64,000 bases of DNA from Pristiophorus japonicus. Its lineage: Eukaryota. The notes under the pieces were generated by a model that saw only the letters and a program-made list of their open reading frames with translations, was not told where the DNA came from and did not search any database. The first letter of the stretch is position 1, and each line of letters begins with the position of its first letter. Location of the stretch: the NCBI RefSeq assembly GCF_044704955.1, contig NC_091997.1, forward strand, positions 65,286,001 to 65,350,000, given 5' to 3'. Both the position numbers and the translations under genes were made by a program. Below are positions 1-11,504 of the stretch, piece after piece.

Positions 1-90
1 AACAGAGCTGGGCCTTTATCCATGGCAAGGATTAACCAAGACGACTGGAGACCTGCTCTGCTGCACGGACCTAGTGCGCACACATATTGT
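1..90 (-). mobile_element. Fragment of the GC-rich (GAT)n-tailed retroposon family also at 17480-18126
   Basis: gacgactggagacctgctctgctgcacggacctagtgcgcacaca is the near-exact reverse complement of about 17868-17912. Confidence 0.8.
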
Positions 91-285
91 ATTAATACAT
101 AGGGTTAGGGTGAATACGTGAGTAATGGCCCCTCCAGAGAAATACCCAGCTGGTAATTGGTGTCTATGTAACCATACAATAACTAAAAATCAACCCGATG
201 AGAGAAGAATAAATGACTTGCTGAACAAGAAAGGGAACAAAATTAATTATTGAAAAAAGTAACCTGCAAGTTATGACAGTGTGGT

Positions 286-470
286 AACTTGGACAGATTG
301 CAGAAGGATATTGTTGTGCTCAGTGAAACACGGCATTCCATGCAAGGCCCTAAACACGGCAGTAAGTTATTATTACACAGAGCAAGTCTATAGCAGAGTG
401 GCTAGTCTTGTGGACGAAGTACTTATGGAGCAGCATGGAGTGTCATACATCAGACTGATGTTTATTTAGT
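286..470 (+). mobile_element. Possible ancient RTE-type LINE endonuclease relic
   Basis: One frame reads NLDRLQKDIVVLSETR, resembling the APE-domain D-I-x-x-L-S-E-T-R motif; it degrades soon after. Confidence 0.35.
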
Positions 471-1036
471 GTCCATATTCATGTGGTTGGTTGGTTTGGT
501 ACTTTCTGAACAAAGGCACAACAGAGGCATCAGCAGCAGGTCCTTTTGAGCACTATGAGGAAGTGTAACATGCATACATTTCAGAGCCGGATCACTGGAT
601 GACAAATCCTATAGGTGAATGATCAAACCCTTCATTTTTCACCATTAGTAACATTCACGGTCTACGTCAAATTTTACAAATTTACTTCAGTACTTTTTAA
701 GAGGCCACATTTAGGTGATATGGAAGAGTAGAGGGATTTTTGGATTGAAATTCAAGAGCAACTAAGAAATAGCTCAATGGAATACTGGGTTTTATGGCAA
801 GAGGTATAGAAAAAGATGCCAAACTTTGGGGGAAAGAAGGGTGCGGGAGAAAGATGAGTCAGAGTAATTTCTTAAAAGATATCTGAAGAATGTAGGTCCG
901 AAGGTGGGCCTAACTTCCTCACCAATTCCTCAAACAGAGAATTATGCCACACAAATGCAGAGACTAGGAGTAAGCTGATAATTTGAGAAAGAATCGCTCC
1001 TTTAGAAGGTAATGTCTGGAATCGAGAACTCTTTAC

Positions 1037-1171
1037 CTGCTCTATGTTGAAGATGTGCTGATTGAAGTAGTGCTGAAGCCGCTCATTAGCAAAGTTGATA
1101 CAGAACTGTTCAAAGCTGTTATTCTCATAGTCCTCAAAGCCAAAGATATCGAGTACACCGATGGAGAGAAT
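1037..1171 (-). CDS. MYO9A: Myosin IXA exon (human exon 11 equivalent), switch II and relay helix
   Basis: Translates [45 protein letters not shown]. Contains the DIFGFE switch II motif. [15 protein letters not shown] match MYO9A rather than MYO9B. Acceptor ttgtag, donor gtaaag; 135 bp, phase 0-0. Confidence 0.96.
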
Positions 1172-1299
1172 CTACAAAAGGAAGAAGCTGCATTTATTAC
1201 CGTAAATATGTTGGTCTATTAGAAGCAGGGTTGTGCCTTTCTGATGGTCCAATGGATAAAGAGACTGCACAAAATAACGTGACACCACTCAACTAGGAA

Positions 1300-1565
1300 C
1301 ACCCAAGGTCTCATCTCTGATTTGAGCTATTAGCTCACCTCAGTCAAATCATTAGGAGAGACTGTAGTTAGCACACTTAGGCTAAGGAGGAGGGAAAAAT
1401 CAACTAGAGTTACCATTCCTGGTTACAATCCAGTGAGCCCTCTCCCACTCAAAGAGACATTAGATGAGAACAGGATTGGGTTTAGTCATGATGACCTGTA
1501 TGGTTGAGTAGCTTGTTACAATCACTAGCTGGGTTCACACCTGAAGAATGACTTACCAACATGCT
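1300..1565 (+). mobile_element. Old SINE-like repeat (family B)
   Basis: Shares blocks (gggaaaaatca, atccagtga, acaggattggg, gaagaatg) with about 9 other copies in the window. Confidence 0.65.
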
Positions 1566-1579
1566 GTTGGGAACCAATA

Positions 1580-2490
1580 CATAGAATGTATAGCATAGAA
1601 ACAGGCCATTAGGCCCAACAGGTCCATGCCGGTGTTTATGCTCCACACAAGCCTGCTCCCACCCTTTTTCATCTAACCCTATCAGCATACCCTTAAATTC
1701 CTTTCTCCCGCGAGTTTATCTAGCTTCTCCTTAAATGCACAGTTCATACATGTGCACGGTTTTGGTCTCCTAATCTGAGGAAGGACATTCTTGCTATTGA
1801 GGGAGTGCAGCGAAGGTTCACCAGACCGATTCCCAGGATGACAGGACTGACATATGAAGAAAGAAATGATCGACTAGGCTTATATTCACTGGAATTTAGA
1901 AGAATGAAAGGGGATCTCATAGAAATATATAAAATTCTGATGGGATTGGACAGGTTAGATGCAGGAAGAATGTTCCTGATGTTGGGGAAGTCCAGAACTA
2001 GGGGTCACAGTCTAAGGATAAGGGGTAAGCCATTTAGGACCGAGATGAGGAGAAACTTCTTCACCCAGAGAGTGGTGAACCTGTGGAATTCTCTACCATA
2101 GAAAGTTGTTGAGGCCAGTTCATTAGATATATTCAAAAGGGAGTTAGATGTGGCCCTTAAGGTAAAGGGATCAAGGGGTATGGAAAGAAAGGGGAATGGG
2201 GTACTGCAGTTGCATGATCAGCCATGATCATATTGAATGGTGGTGCAGGCTCGAAGGGCCTAATGGCCTACTCCTGCACCTATTTTCTATGTTTCTATGC
2301 AATTCTCCTCAACCACTCCCTGTGGTAGTGAGTTCTACATTCTAACCACTCTCTGGGTGAAGAAGTTCCACTTGAATTTCCTGTTGGATTTATTTATGAC
2401 TAATTATGGAGCGTAGTTTTGGTCTCCCCAAGAGGAAACAATTTCTCTACGTCTAACTATCAAATCCTTTCATAATCTTGTACATCTATA
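1580..2490 (-). mobile_element. Older CR1 3' fragment interrupted by a younger CR1
   Basis: 1580-1740 and 2300-2490 are collinear halves matching the reverse complement of 26100-26340 and 27197-27274. Confidence 0.75.
1751..2299 (+). mobile_element. CR1-type LINE 3' fragment
   Basis: RT C-terminus (QRRFTR..LYSLEFRRM..NLWNSLP), 3' UTR and (TTTCTATG)n tail. Confidence 0.95.
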
Positions 2491-2917
2491 TATACACAAG
2501 CACCTTCAGGAGAGAGCTGGGGAGCAGTTTACCAAGGATAATCTGGAACACTGACAATACCCCAATGAGATGATTCAACAAATTGTTACTCACTATTTCC
2601 TCAGGGCCACTGTTCAAGAATGCTGTTGTACAGCACAGTATCCTATTGATGCATGCTGTTGATACAACCATGCAATAGGATAAAGGTTCTGTGCCAGCAT
2701 TCCTTGCATGGTGAGCTCCTGACTTCAATACTGCAACAAAAAGTAGCAGCTAACTGAAGACAAAGCACTTGGTTACAAGAAAGGAAACAGGAAAAAATGC
2801 AAACTGCCCTGAACCGTTCACACACACGCACTTGCTGCTGTTACAATGTGGTATTGGTGATGCCCAAGAGTCTCGGCCCAGCTCCTCACAGAGAATGTGT
2901 ATAGTGAGGACAGGAAT

Positions 2918-4171
2918 ATAGAAACATGGAAACATAGAAAATAGGTGCAGGAGTAGGCCAGTCGGCCCTTCTAGCCTGCACCACCATTCAATGAATTCAT
3001 GGCTGAACATTCAACTTCAGTACCCCATTCCTGCTTTCGCGCCATACCCCTTGATCCCCCTAGTAGTAAGGACCTCATCTAACTCCTTTTTGAATATATT
3101 TAGTGAATTGGCCTCAACAACTTTCTGTGGTAGAGAATTCCACAGGTTCACCACTCTCTGGGTGAAGAAGTTCCTCCGCATCTCTGTCCTTAATGGCTTA
3201 CCCCTTATCCTTAGACTGTGACCTCTGGTTCTGGACTTCCCCAACATTGGGAACATTCTTCCTGCATCTAACCTGTCTAACCCCGTCAGAATTTTAAACG
3301 TTTCTATGAGGTCCCCTCTCATTCTTCTGAACTCAAGTGAATACAAGCCCAGTTGATCCAGTCTTTCTTGATAGGTCAGTCCCGCCATCCCGGGAATCAG
3401 TCTGGTGAACCTTCGCTGCACTCCCTCAATAGCAAGAATGTCCTTCCTCAGGTTAGGAGACCAAAACTGTACACAATACTCCAGGTGTGGCCTCACCAAG
3501 GCCCTGTACAACTGTAGCAACACCTCCCTGCCCCTGTACTCAAATCCCCTTGCTATGAAGGCCAACATGCCATTTGCTTTCTTAACCGCCTGCTGCACCT
3601 GCATGCCAACCTTCAATGACTGATGTACCATGACACCTAGGTCTCTTTGCACCTCCCCTTTTCCTAATCTGTCACCATTCAGATAATAGTCTGTCTCTCT
3701 GTTTTTACCACCAAAGTGGATAACCTCACATTTATCCACATTATACTTCATCTGCCATGCATTTGCCCACTCACCTAACCTATCCAAGTCGCTCTGCAGC
3801 CTCACAGCATCCTCCTCGCAGCTCACACTGCCACCCAACTTAGTGTCATCCGCAAATTTGGAGATACTACATTTAATCCCCTCATCTAAATCATTAATGT
3901 ACAGTGTAAACAGCTGGGGCCCCAGCACAGAACCTTGCGGTACCCCACTAGTCACTGCCTGCCATTCTGAAAAGTACCCATTTACTCCTACTCTTTGCTT
4001 CCTGTCTGACAACCAGTTCTCAATCCATGTCAGTACACTAACCCCAATCCCATGTGCTCTAACTTTGCACATCAATCTCTTGTGTGGGACCTTGTCGAAC
4101 GCCTTCTGAAAGTCCAAATATACCACATCAACTGGTTCTCCCTTGTCCACTCTACTGGAAACATCCTCAAA
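2918..4171 (-). mobile_element. CR1-type LINE, 5'-truncated, RT ORF uninterrupted
   Basis: ORF 3017-4207 with YLDFQKAFDKV, GVPQGSVLGP and FADD motifs; octamer tail at 2918-2940. Confidence 0.97.
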
Positions 4172-4290
4172 TATGGAAGCACAGTTAAAATATGTTGTGA
4201 GCCTCACTATTTACATACACGACTTTCAATGACGATCTGGTCAAACTGCCAGTTGCTGCTGGTCCATCAAATTCACTATATCTGACTCAC

Positions 4291-4407
4291 CTTCTTGTGC
4301 ACCTCCAAGTCCCGATTGTTGAGAAGTGCATGGTTAATTCGGAATACTATCCAGTCAAACAGGGCACTGTATAGTGACTTAGCCATAGAGTCACGTACAG
4401 TTATCGC
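4291..4407 (-). CDS. MYO9A: Myosin IXA exon (exon 10 equivalent)
   Basis: [39 protein letters not shown]; acceptor ttacag, donor gtgagt; 117 bp, phase 0-0. Confidence 0.96.
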
Positions 4408-4740
4408 CTGTAACACAAACAGATTAACAATTACTGACCAGGCCACATTCAGAGTATAAACTGAAAACAAAATGGTAGCACTTTGCAGATACTGTGAGTG
4501 GTTCCTTCATAGGTTTATTTTAAAAATCTCACATTTACCGATCATAGCAGAGCTTACGCCAGAAAAAAGGCTTCTGTAACCAGAATGCTTATACAACAGA
4601 TTGTATGTGGCTCCTCACAACTTTAGCTGCTAGAGTGGTTTATTAATCGTCAATGTAATAGCTTTTTAGCAATTCTTTAAAAATGTATATATATGATTCT
4701 CTGATGGTTTAGTGAGCCTATCTATTGACCAGTTTAACCA

Positions 4741-5168
4741 AGCATCAGCATTGGCTCAGCAGTAGGACTCTTATCTGAGTCAAAGTTGTGGGTTCAAGCC
4801 CCACTCCAGGGCAAGCCCATAATCTAGGCTGAGAGTTCAATGCAGTAGAGAGGGATTGCTATTTTGCCGGAGATATCATCTTTGAGATAACACATTAAAC
4901 TAAGTCCCGGTCTTCTGCTGGTTCTGGTGGATGCAAATGATCCATAGCGCTAGTCAAAGAGGAGCAGGGGCTGGCGCTGGCCAACATTACTTCCTCAACC
5001 AACACAACCAAAAGCAAACCAACTAGTCATTCGTCTCATTTGCCATAACTTACTGTGCCATTGGCTGCCACTTTTGCCTATGTAACAACACTTCAAAAGT
5101 AATTCATTGGCTGTGAAGCACTGTTGGACATCCTGAGATAAAATGTTCGAAAAATTCATGTTCTTTCT
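4741..5168 (+). mobile_element. Deu-domain SINE (SacSINE1-like), diverged
   Basis: tRNA-like head (tggctcag..ggttcaagccc), Deu core, cacttcaaaagtaattcattggctgtgaagc tail; aligns with 32345-32790. Confidence 0.8.
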
Positions 5169-5344
5169 TAAAAAATGGGGTTAAAAGGTATTGCTAGCCC
5201 CATTCTGCCCTATACACAGTAATCATTAAGTTACAGAGGGCTGAAAGCAGGCAAGTTCTGGTTTAAGCGCTGTTACGAAATTCATTTATTTGAGTGATAA
5301 TTTTTTTCCCTTTAGCTTTGCAGCCCAAAGCAAATTAATTGAGA

Positions 5345-5457
5345 GAAAGCAGGAAAGGGGTACTGAAGGAATGATCAGCCATGATCTTATTGAATGGTGG
5401 TGCAGGCTCAAAGGGCCGAATGGCCTACTCCTGCACCTATTTTTTATGTTTCTATGT
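5345..5457 (+). mobile_element. CR1 3' UTR stub
   Basis: gatcagccatgatc..ggcctactcctgcacc..gtttctatg. Confidence 0.9.
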
Positions 5458-5529
5458 AATTAGAACTGAATATAGTAACATTTATCAGGGCACTCATTGC
5501 CCAGCTTTAGAAAGCGAATTGCCAATGAG

Positions 5530-5745
5530 ATAAAAACAAAAACTGCAAATGCCAGAAATCTGAAGCAAAGCAGCAATGCTGGAAATGCAGAGCGGACAGA
5601 TTAGCACCTGAAGAGAGAAAACACCAGGTAATGTTACAGTGTAAACCCGTCATTGATTTTTTATAAAGTGTTTGCAACCGAAATATTATCCTGACTTTTC
5701 TCTTCCATATACTAGTGTGTATTTCTCACATTTTCTGCTTTTTTC
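5530..5745. repeat. Degenerate inverted pair of Penelope-like terminal repeats
   Basis: The first half resembles 8790-8915; the second half resembles 59080-59178 (opposite orientation). Confidence 0.5.
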
Positions 5746-6344
5746 CCCCATTTATTTTTAGGAATTTTCCACGATTTGCCGACTGACTTTTACAGATGAT
5801 CAGTCAAAAGAAAGATACAGCAGCCCGGCTTTGTTTATGAAACCCAAATGACTGCACACCGTCAAGTCTCTAAGACCTCGTACAGGAGCCAAAAATACAT
5901 GATAGCAGGGTCTGCATAATGCAATCCAGCCATACAAATTCCTTTGCTGCTGCCTCACTGACAGGCAGGAACGCTGCCATTTTCCTCCAGCTGTTCTCCA
6001 TCTGACCATCTAAGTTCATCCCAGCTTGGAACCGACTAATATTTCCAGTTAAATATTTCACACGAACCAGGTGAAAAATACAGCTTGTTTATTCAAAACT
6101 TCTGTTTCCAACATTTGCATCTTTTCATGAATTCTATGGTCTTTTTTTTGATTAATAATGTTTGAATTGTTTCAAAACTGGCTCAGTAATTTTGATCACT
6201 CAGTTAAGATGGGGCAAAGCCATCAGGGATTTGGAAATGAGCACTTTAAAGTTGAAGTGCTGGGGACAGGGAGCCAGAGGAGTTTGGAAGGACAGAGTAG
6301 TGGGAGCTTCAGATCATACAATAGGACTCGAGTTGGAGAACAAA

Positions 6345-6757
6345 CAAACAACTTGCATTTCTATAGCGTCTTTAATATAGTAAAACGTCCCAAGGCGCTT
6401 CACAGGAGTGTTAAGAGACAAAAATTTTGACACTGAACCACAAAGGAGAAATCAGGACAGGAGAGAGATAGGTTTTAAGGAGTGTCTTAAAGGAGGAAAG
6501 AGAGGGAGAGAGGCGTAGAAGTTTAGGACCCAGCCAACAGAAGGCACGGCCACCGATGGTGGAGCGATTATAATCAGGGATGCTCAAGAGGGCAGAATTA
6601 GAGGAGCGCAGACATCTCGGGGGGGGGGGGGGGGGCGGGGAGGTTGTGAGGTTAAAGATTACAGAGATAGGGAGGGATTTGAAAACAAGGATGAGAATTT
6701 TGAAATCGAGACATTACTTAACCAGGAGCCAATGTAGGTCAGCGAACACAGGGGTCA
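6345..6757 (-). mobile_element. L2-like LINE 3' end
   Basis: Reverse-complement match to 48910-49385 (gaagc-ccttggga-gttttacta..gctata-aaat tail). Confidence 0.8.
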
Positions 6758-7624
6758 TTCACTGAATTTTCTAAGAATGCAAGAGGCGATACAGACAAAA
6801 AGAGCACTTAAGAAATGTATGCACGAGTTGATGAAGGTGCAAATTTGGGGGGGGGGGGGGGATATTGCTAAATTCCTGGCCATGGATTATGACTTAAAAC
6901 AAACCAATAAATATTACAAACTCATATTTTTAAACAAATTTAAGGGCAAACTGCTCTTAAAATGTTACTAGCACAATCACACCACCTCCACTCCTTTAGT
7001 ATAACACAGGAGGAAGTCTCCAACAGGAAATCCCTCAGCTATGCATGAATCATCAATTAAAGTCACTATGAAACTAGTTTCCCAATGATGAAGCTTTTGA
7101 AATTAATAAGCCTTGATTTTTCTATAGTCCTGCTCACATTTCAGAAATCAGACTACATTACAGTAATCCCAATGCCCAGAGGTTGCAGGTCCACAATATA
7201 AGCTGACATGACAGCTACCTGCCTCCAGTCCTTGTACCACAGGTTCCACTGCCATTCCCAATACAAACATCTGCTTAACGACACATGAATCTACTTGAGT
7301 ACTGAGCTACAAAGATCAACAGGCTTTCTGTTATTCCCACTCAGAAGCTCTGATGTCTCAGTTCTGTGCAGTACTTAAAATTCATTTGGAATACAGCCAG
7401 AGCTTGAGCCTATGGGCAGCAAGCACCCAGAAAACTGCAATGTCCTTTTTAGTCGGCTTGCTTACTTTGGCCCTTGCACAAAAGGACTTAGAAATAAATT
7501 AATTTAAACTATCATAGTGTAGCCTTCCATGTTTAGCAATTATATTAATTTAAGTTTGTCCTGTCAAATAAAAAATATTAGCCACAGTGGATGAAGCAGT
7601 GCTTCAATTCACAGGATTTCTTTA

Positions 7625-7880
7625 ACGAACTGAAATGAGGAGAAATGTCTTCACTCAGGGGGTTGTGAATCTTTAGAACTCTCTACTCCAGAGGGCCGTG
7701 GATGCTCAGTCGTTGAGTATATTCAAGGCTGAGATCGATAGATTTTTCGACTTTTAAGGGAATCAAGATATGGGGATAGGGCGGGAAAGTGAAGTTGAGG
7801 TCGAAGATCATTCATGATCTTATTGAATAACGGAGGAGGCTCGAGGGGCCATTTGGCCTGCTACTACTTATGTTCTTCTG
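7625..7880 (+). mobile_element. CR1 3' fragment
   Basis: TEMRRNVFTQ-like coding end and CR1 3' UTR, cttatgttctt tail. Confidence 0.85.
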
Positions 7881-8125
7881 AGCCCAAGATCATTTGTAAA
7901 GGTAGCGCAATTTTTCATAAAATATAGCTTATGGGCGAACGAGATAATAGTGAATTTGAACACAGCTCTCCCTTCTTTTATATGAAAAAAGAGTGCCGAG
8001 ATCAAATCCAGAGATCGCCGGATGGTAGCGAAGAGCTTGAAGTAAATTAAACATGGAGTGTCTCAACCCACATTTTCGTTGACATTGTAAGTGCCCTCAA
8101 GAGTAACCCCAGTTAGCCAAATAAC

Positions 8126-8750
8126 CCTTCATAGCGAGAGGATTTGAGTATTGGAGCAGGGAGGTTTTACTGCAGTTATACAGGGCCTTGGTGAGGCCAC
8201 ACCTTGAATAGTGTGTCCAGTTTTGGTCTCCTAATCTGAGGAAGGACATTCTTGATATTGAGAGAGTTCAGCGATGGTTCACCAGACTGATTCCCGGGAT
8301 GACGGGACTGACATATGAAGAAAGACTGGATCGACTCGGCTTATATTCACTGGAGTTTAGAAGAATGAGAGGGGATCTCATAGAAACATATAAAATTATG
8401 ACGGGATTGGACAGGTTAGATGCAGGAAGAATGTTCTCGATGTTGGGGAAGTACAGAACCAAGGGACACAGTCTAAGGATAAGGGGCAAGCCATTTAGGA
8501 CCTAGATGAGGAGAAACTTCTACACCCAGAGAGTGGTGAACCTGTGGAATTCTCTACCACTGAAAGTTGTTGAGGCCAGTTCGTTAGATATATTCAAAAG
8601 GGATATAGATGTGGCCCTTACAGCTAAAGGGATCAAGGAGTATGGAGAGAAAGCAAGAATGGGGTATTGAAGTGCATGATTATATTGAATGGTGGTGCAG
8701 GCTCGAAGGGCCGAATGGCCTACTCCTGCACCTATGTTCTATGTTTCTAT
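8126..8750 (+). mobile_element. CR1 3' fragment
   Basis: RT C-terminus and (TTTCTATG)n tail. Confidence 0.95.
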
Positions 8751-8789
8751 ACCAGCACAGAGGTCAGGAAGCGTGTTCATCTATTTGGT

Positions 8790-8916
8790 ACAAAAGCAAA
8801 ATACTGCGGATGCTGGAATCCGAAATAAAACCCGAAAATGCTGGAAATACTCAGCAGGTCAGGCAGCATCTGTGGAGAGAGAAACAGAATTAGCGTTTCC
8901 GGTCAATGATCCTTCG
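8790..8916 (-). repeat. Penelope-like terminal repeat remnant
   Basis: aaatactgcggatgctggaa..gctggaaatactcagcaggtcaggcagcatctgtgg; the reverse complement matches 59080-59178 and ends in a stem followed by GAAAC. Confidence 0.6.
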
Positions 8917-9199
8917 ATCCCCTGCCCCTCTGTCCATTGCAATGCTAGTCTGCCACTCCACTCTCCATTAGCAAGTAGGGGAATCAGTTGTCTTGTATGC
9001 AATATCATTCAGTAATTTTATTGAGGTCAGCAGGATATAGAGTGTTAAATAGATTCCCTTCCACTTTGCTGTCAATGGAGCCCTGCTGAGGTTCGGGTTT
9101 TGTCACGTGCGGAGCTCAGAGTTGCATTTGCACCATACCAGAGAAATCGAAAACGTCCCATAAATATATATGGCGAAAGGACTGACATTTTGAATTTTT

Positions 9200-10172
9200 T
9201 TTCCCTCTCTTCTCCTGAACATGCTAGCTCAGTCTTGGGTGAAGTTCCATAGGCACTAGGCACCCATCCAATACCTCACCCAAGTGGCCATGTATTAGAA
9301 ACATAGAATATAGGTGCAGGAGTAGGCCAACCGTCATTCAATGAGTTCATGGCTGAACATGCAACTTCAGTACCCCATTCCTGCTTTCTCGCCATACCCC
9401 TTGATCCCCCGAGTAGTAAGGGCTACAGCTAACTCCTTTTTGAATATATTTAGTGAATTGGCCTCAACAACTTTCTGTGGTAGAGAATTCCACAGGTTCA
9501 CCACTCTCTGGGTGAAGAAGTTTCTCCTCATCTCGGTCCTAAATGCCTTACCCCTTATCCTTAGACTGTGACCCCTGGGTTCTGGACTTCCCCAACATTG
9601 GGAACATTCTTCCTGCATCTAACCTGTCTAAACCCGTCAGAATTTTAAACGTTTCTATGAGATCCCCTCTCATTCTTCTGAACTCCAGTGAATACAAGTC
9701 CAATTGATCCAGTCTTTCTTGATATGTCAGTCCTGCCTTCCCGGGAATCAGTCTGGTGAACCTTCGCTGCACTCCCTCAATAGCAAGAATGTCCTTCAAG
9801 TTAGGAGACCAAAATTGTACACAATACTCCAGGTGTGGCCTCACCAAGACCCTGTACAACTGTAGCAACACCTCCATGCCCCTGTACTCAAATCCCCTCG
9901 CTATGAAGGCTAACATGTCATTTGCTTTCTTAACTGCCTGCTGTACCTGCATGCCAACCTTCAATGACAGTTCAGACAGTGAATGTGTGGCATAAAATTA
10001 CATCTTGGGGTGTAGCACAGCCAAGCCAGATTCTGTCTTCGTACACGCACAATATCCAGTACCTGGATAGCAATCAGGAGTGGTATACCTGGCTGATTAT
10101 TTCCCTCCCTAGCCTGGGAGCATTCAAGCTAATTGAGTGTCCCAACTGCTGCCCACTGAGGCCAACCAAAAC
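9200..10172 (-). mobile_element. Old SINE family B copy split by a CR1
   Basis: 9200-9295 and 9969-10172 are collinear with other family-B copies. Confidence 0.65.
9296..9968 (-). mobile_element. CR1 3' fragment
   Basis: Near-identical to 2930-3620. Confidence 0.95.
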
Positions 10173-10568
10173 AGGATGCTTCAGGCCAATACTACACATG
10201 TGGAATGAAGAACACACAAGTTATATGAAACCCTAGGAGAACAGAAATATAATAGAAATGCAAGGAACATATTGATTTCAGTAACCACATTCTCATTTTC
10301 CTTTCAAAGAGAAAGCAACAATGGATCTGGAAAATAATGGATAGCAAACTCACAGTCGCATCTTTTGGCTAAGGAACCTCAAGCCATAAGCTTTCTTAGA
10401 GAAAATATTAATAGTCAATTTCCTTTGACTCTTGTTAATACGTACTCTGAAATTTAGGGATTCATAGTTATACTGCAGGTTAGCAGGAGAAATATAGAAT
10501 TTTGTGGATACATGATTCTCCCCTTCACAGAATGGTGTGTACAGTCGATGCACAGCATGTTATATTAC

Positions 10569-10658
10569 CTCAGATAGTTTATACGGCAGGATAAGTCTCT
10601 CTCCGACTGTCACAGTCTTCCTAGTGGTCAGTGCTTCAAACAGCGTCTCTTCTTTAAC
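10569..10658 (-). CDS. MYO9A: Myosin IXA exon (exon 9 equivalent)
   Basis: [30 protein letters not shown]; acceptor aattag, donor gtaata; 90 bp, phase 0-0. Confidence 0.95.
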
Positions 10659-11330
10659 CTAATTAAAGAACAGAGCACATCAAAGTGTGTGGTATTACAG
10701 GGACTTGACTATTCACAGTGATAACAGTAATTAGGCATTATTTATAGCAATAAGTCTTCCTTGGTAACTCCTCCACTTAATCTTTGTAGTTTGATTGTGG
10801 ATATTTGACATATTCACTTTTCTTTCCCCCGATTTATAACAGAGTTAAACCCTGTCTATCACTAATTAACCCAAAAACAGTCACGCCTGCAATCACACTG
10901 TAATTAAAATTACTCTCCCCATATTAATCCTTACAGCAGTAGTTGCTGCGCAGTGATATTCTTGCTGGGGCAAGAGCTGAACAGGCACACAGCACAGAAT
11001 AGGACTACATGCAATGTGTCTCACTCTTTTTCAATCACCACATGCAATTAGGAATTGAACATTTTCCAGGGGGGTAAATACTGATCAGAAACCAAACAAA
11101 GAGGTAGGTCAGGAGAAAGCTCTGCACAGGGTGGCTGAGGTTTCAAAGAACATTAACAAAATGGAGCCTCCCCGATAAATGATCTTGGGTTTTTCCTAAC
11201 CAGGAATTAGAATATCAACAGGACTAAATTACCTGCAAGTTCTGTGCAAAGGAAGAGTTATAACGGTTTATTGGGGAATGAATCTGGTTATGTTACAGCT
11301 TTGAGTTAATAAGGCGAGTTGTTACACTAC

Positions 11331-11457
11331 CTCCAGAAGCTCCGAGACGGTAGGCAACACCTCTGGGTTGCAGATGTCAATGGAATCATCTCGATAGGTC
11401 TTCTTTTTGTATTTTATATTGCCAAGGTGTAAAATTGCAGACAGAAGAGAAAATATC
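11331..11457 (-). CDS. MYO9A: Myosin IXA exon (exon 8 equivalent)
   Basis: (R)IFSLLSAILHLGNIKYKKKTYRDDSIDICNPEVLPTVSELLE; myosin ILHLGNI motif; acceptor ttacag, donor gtagtg; 127 bp, phase 2-0. Confidence 0.95.
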
Positions 11458-11504
11458 CTGTAAATATAACAGATTGATATTAAAATCATTTAAATTGCAT
11501 CCAA

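Noticed and set aside
3017-4207. 396-aa ORF as a host gene or MYO9A fusion exon
   Set aside because: It is a truncated CR1 RT whose start comes from flanking DNA. Read-through from exon 10 stops at 4276.
6619-6861. Poly-G runs as functional G-quadruplexes
   Set aside because: Simple homopolymers, often inside repeats and prone to assembly error; nothing supports function.
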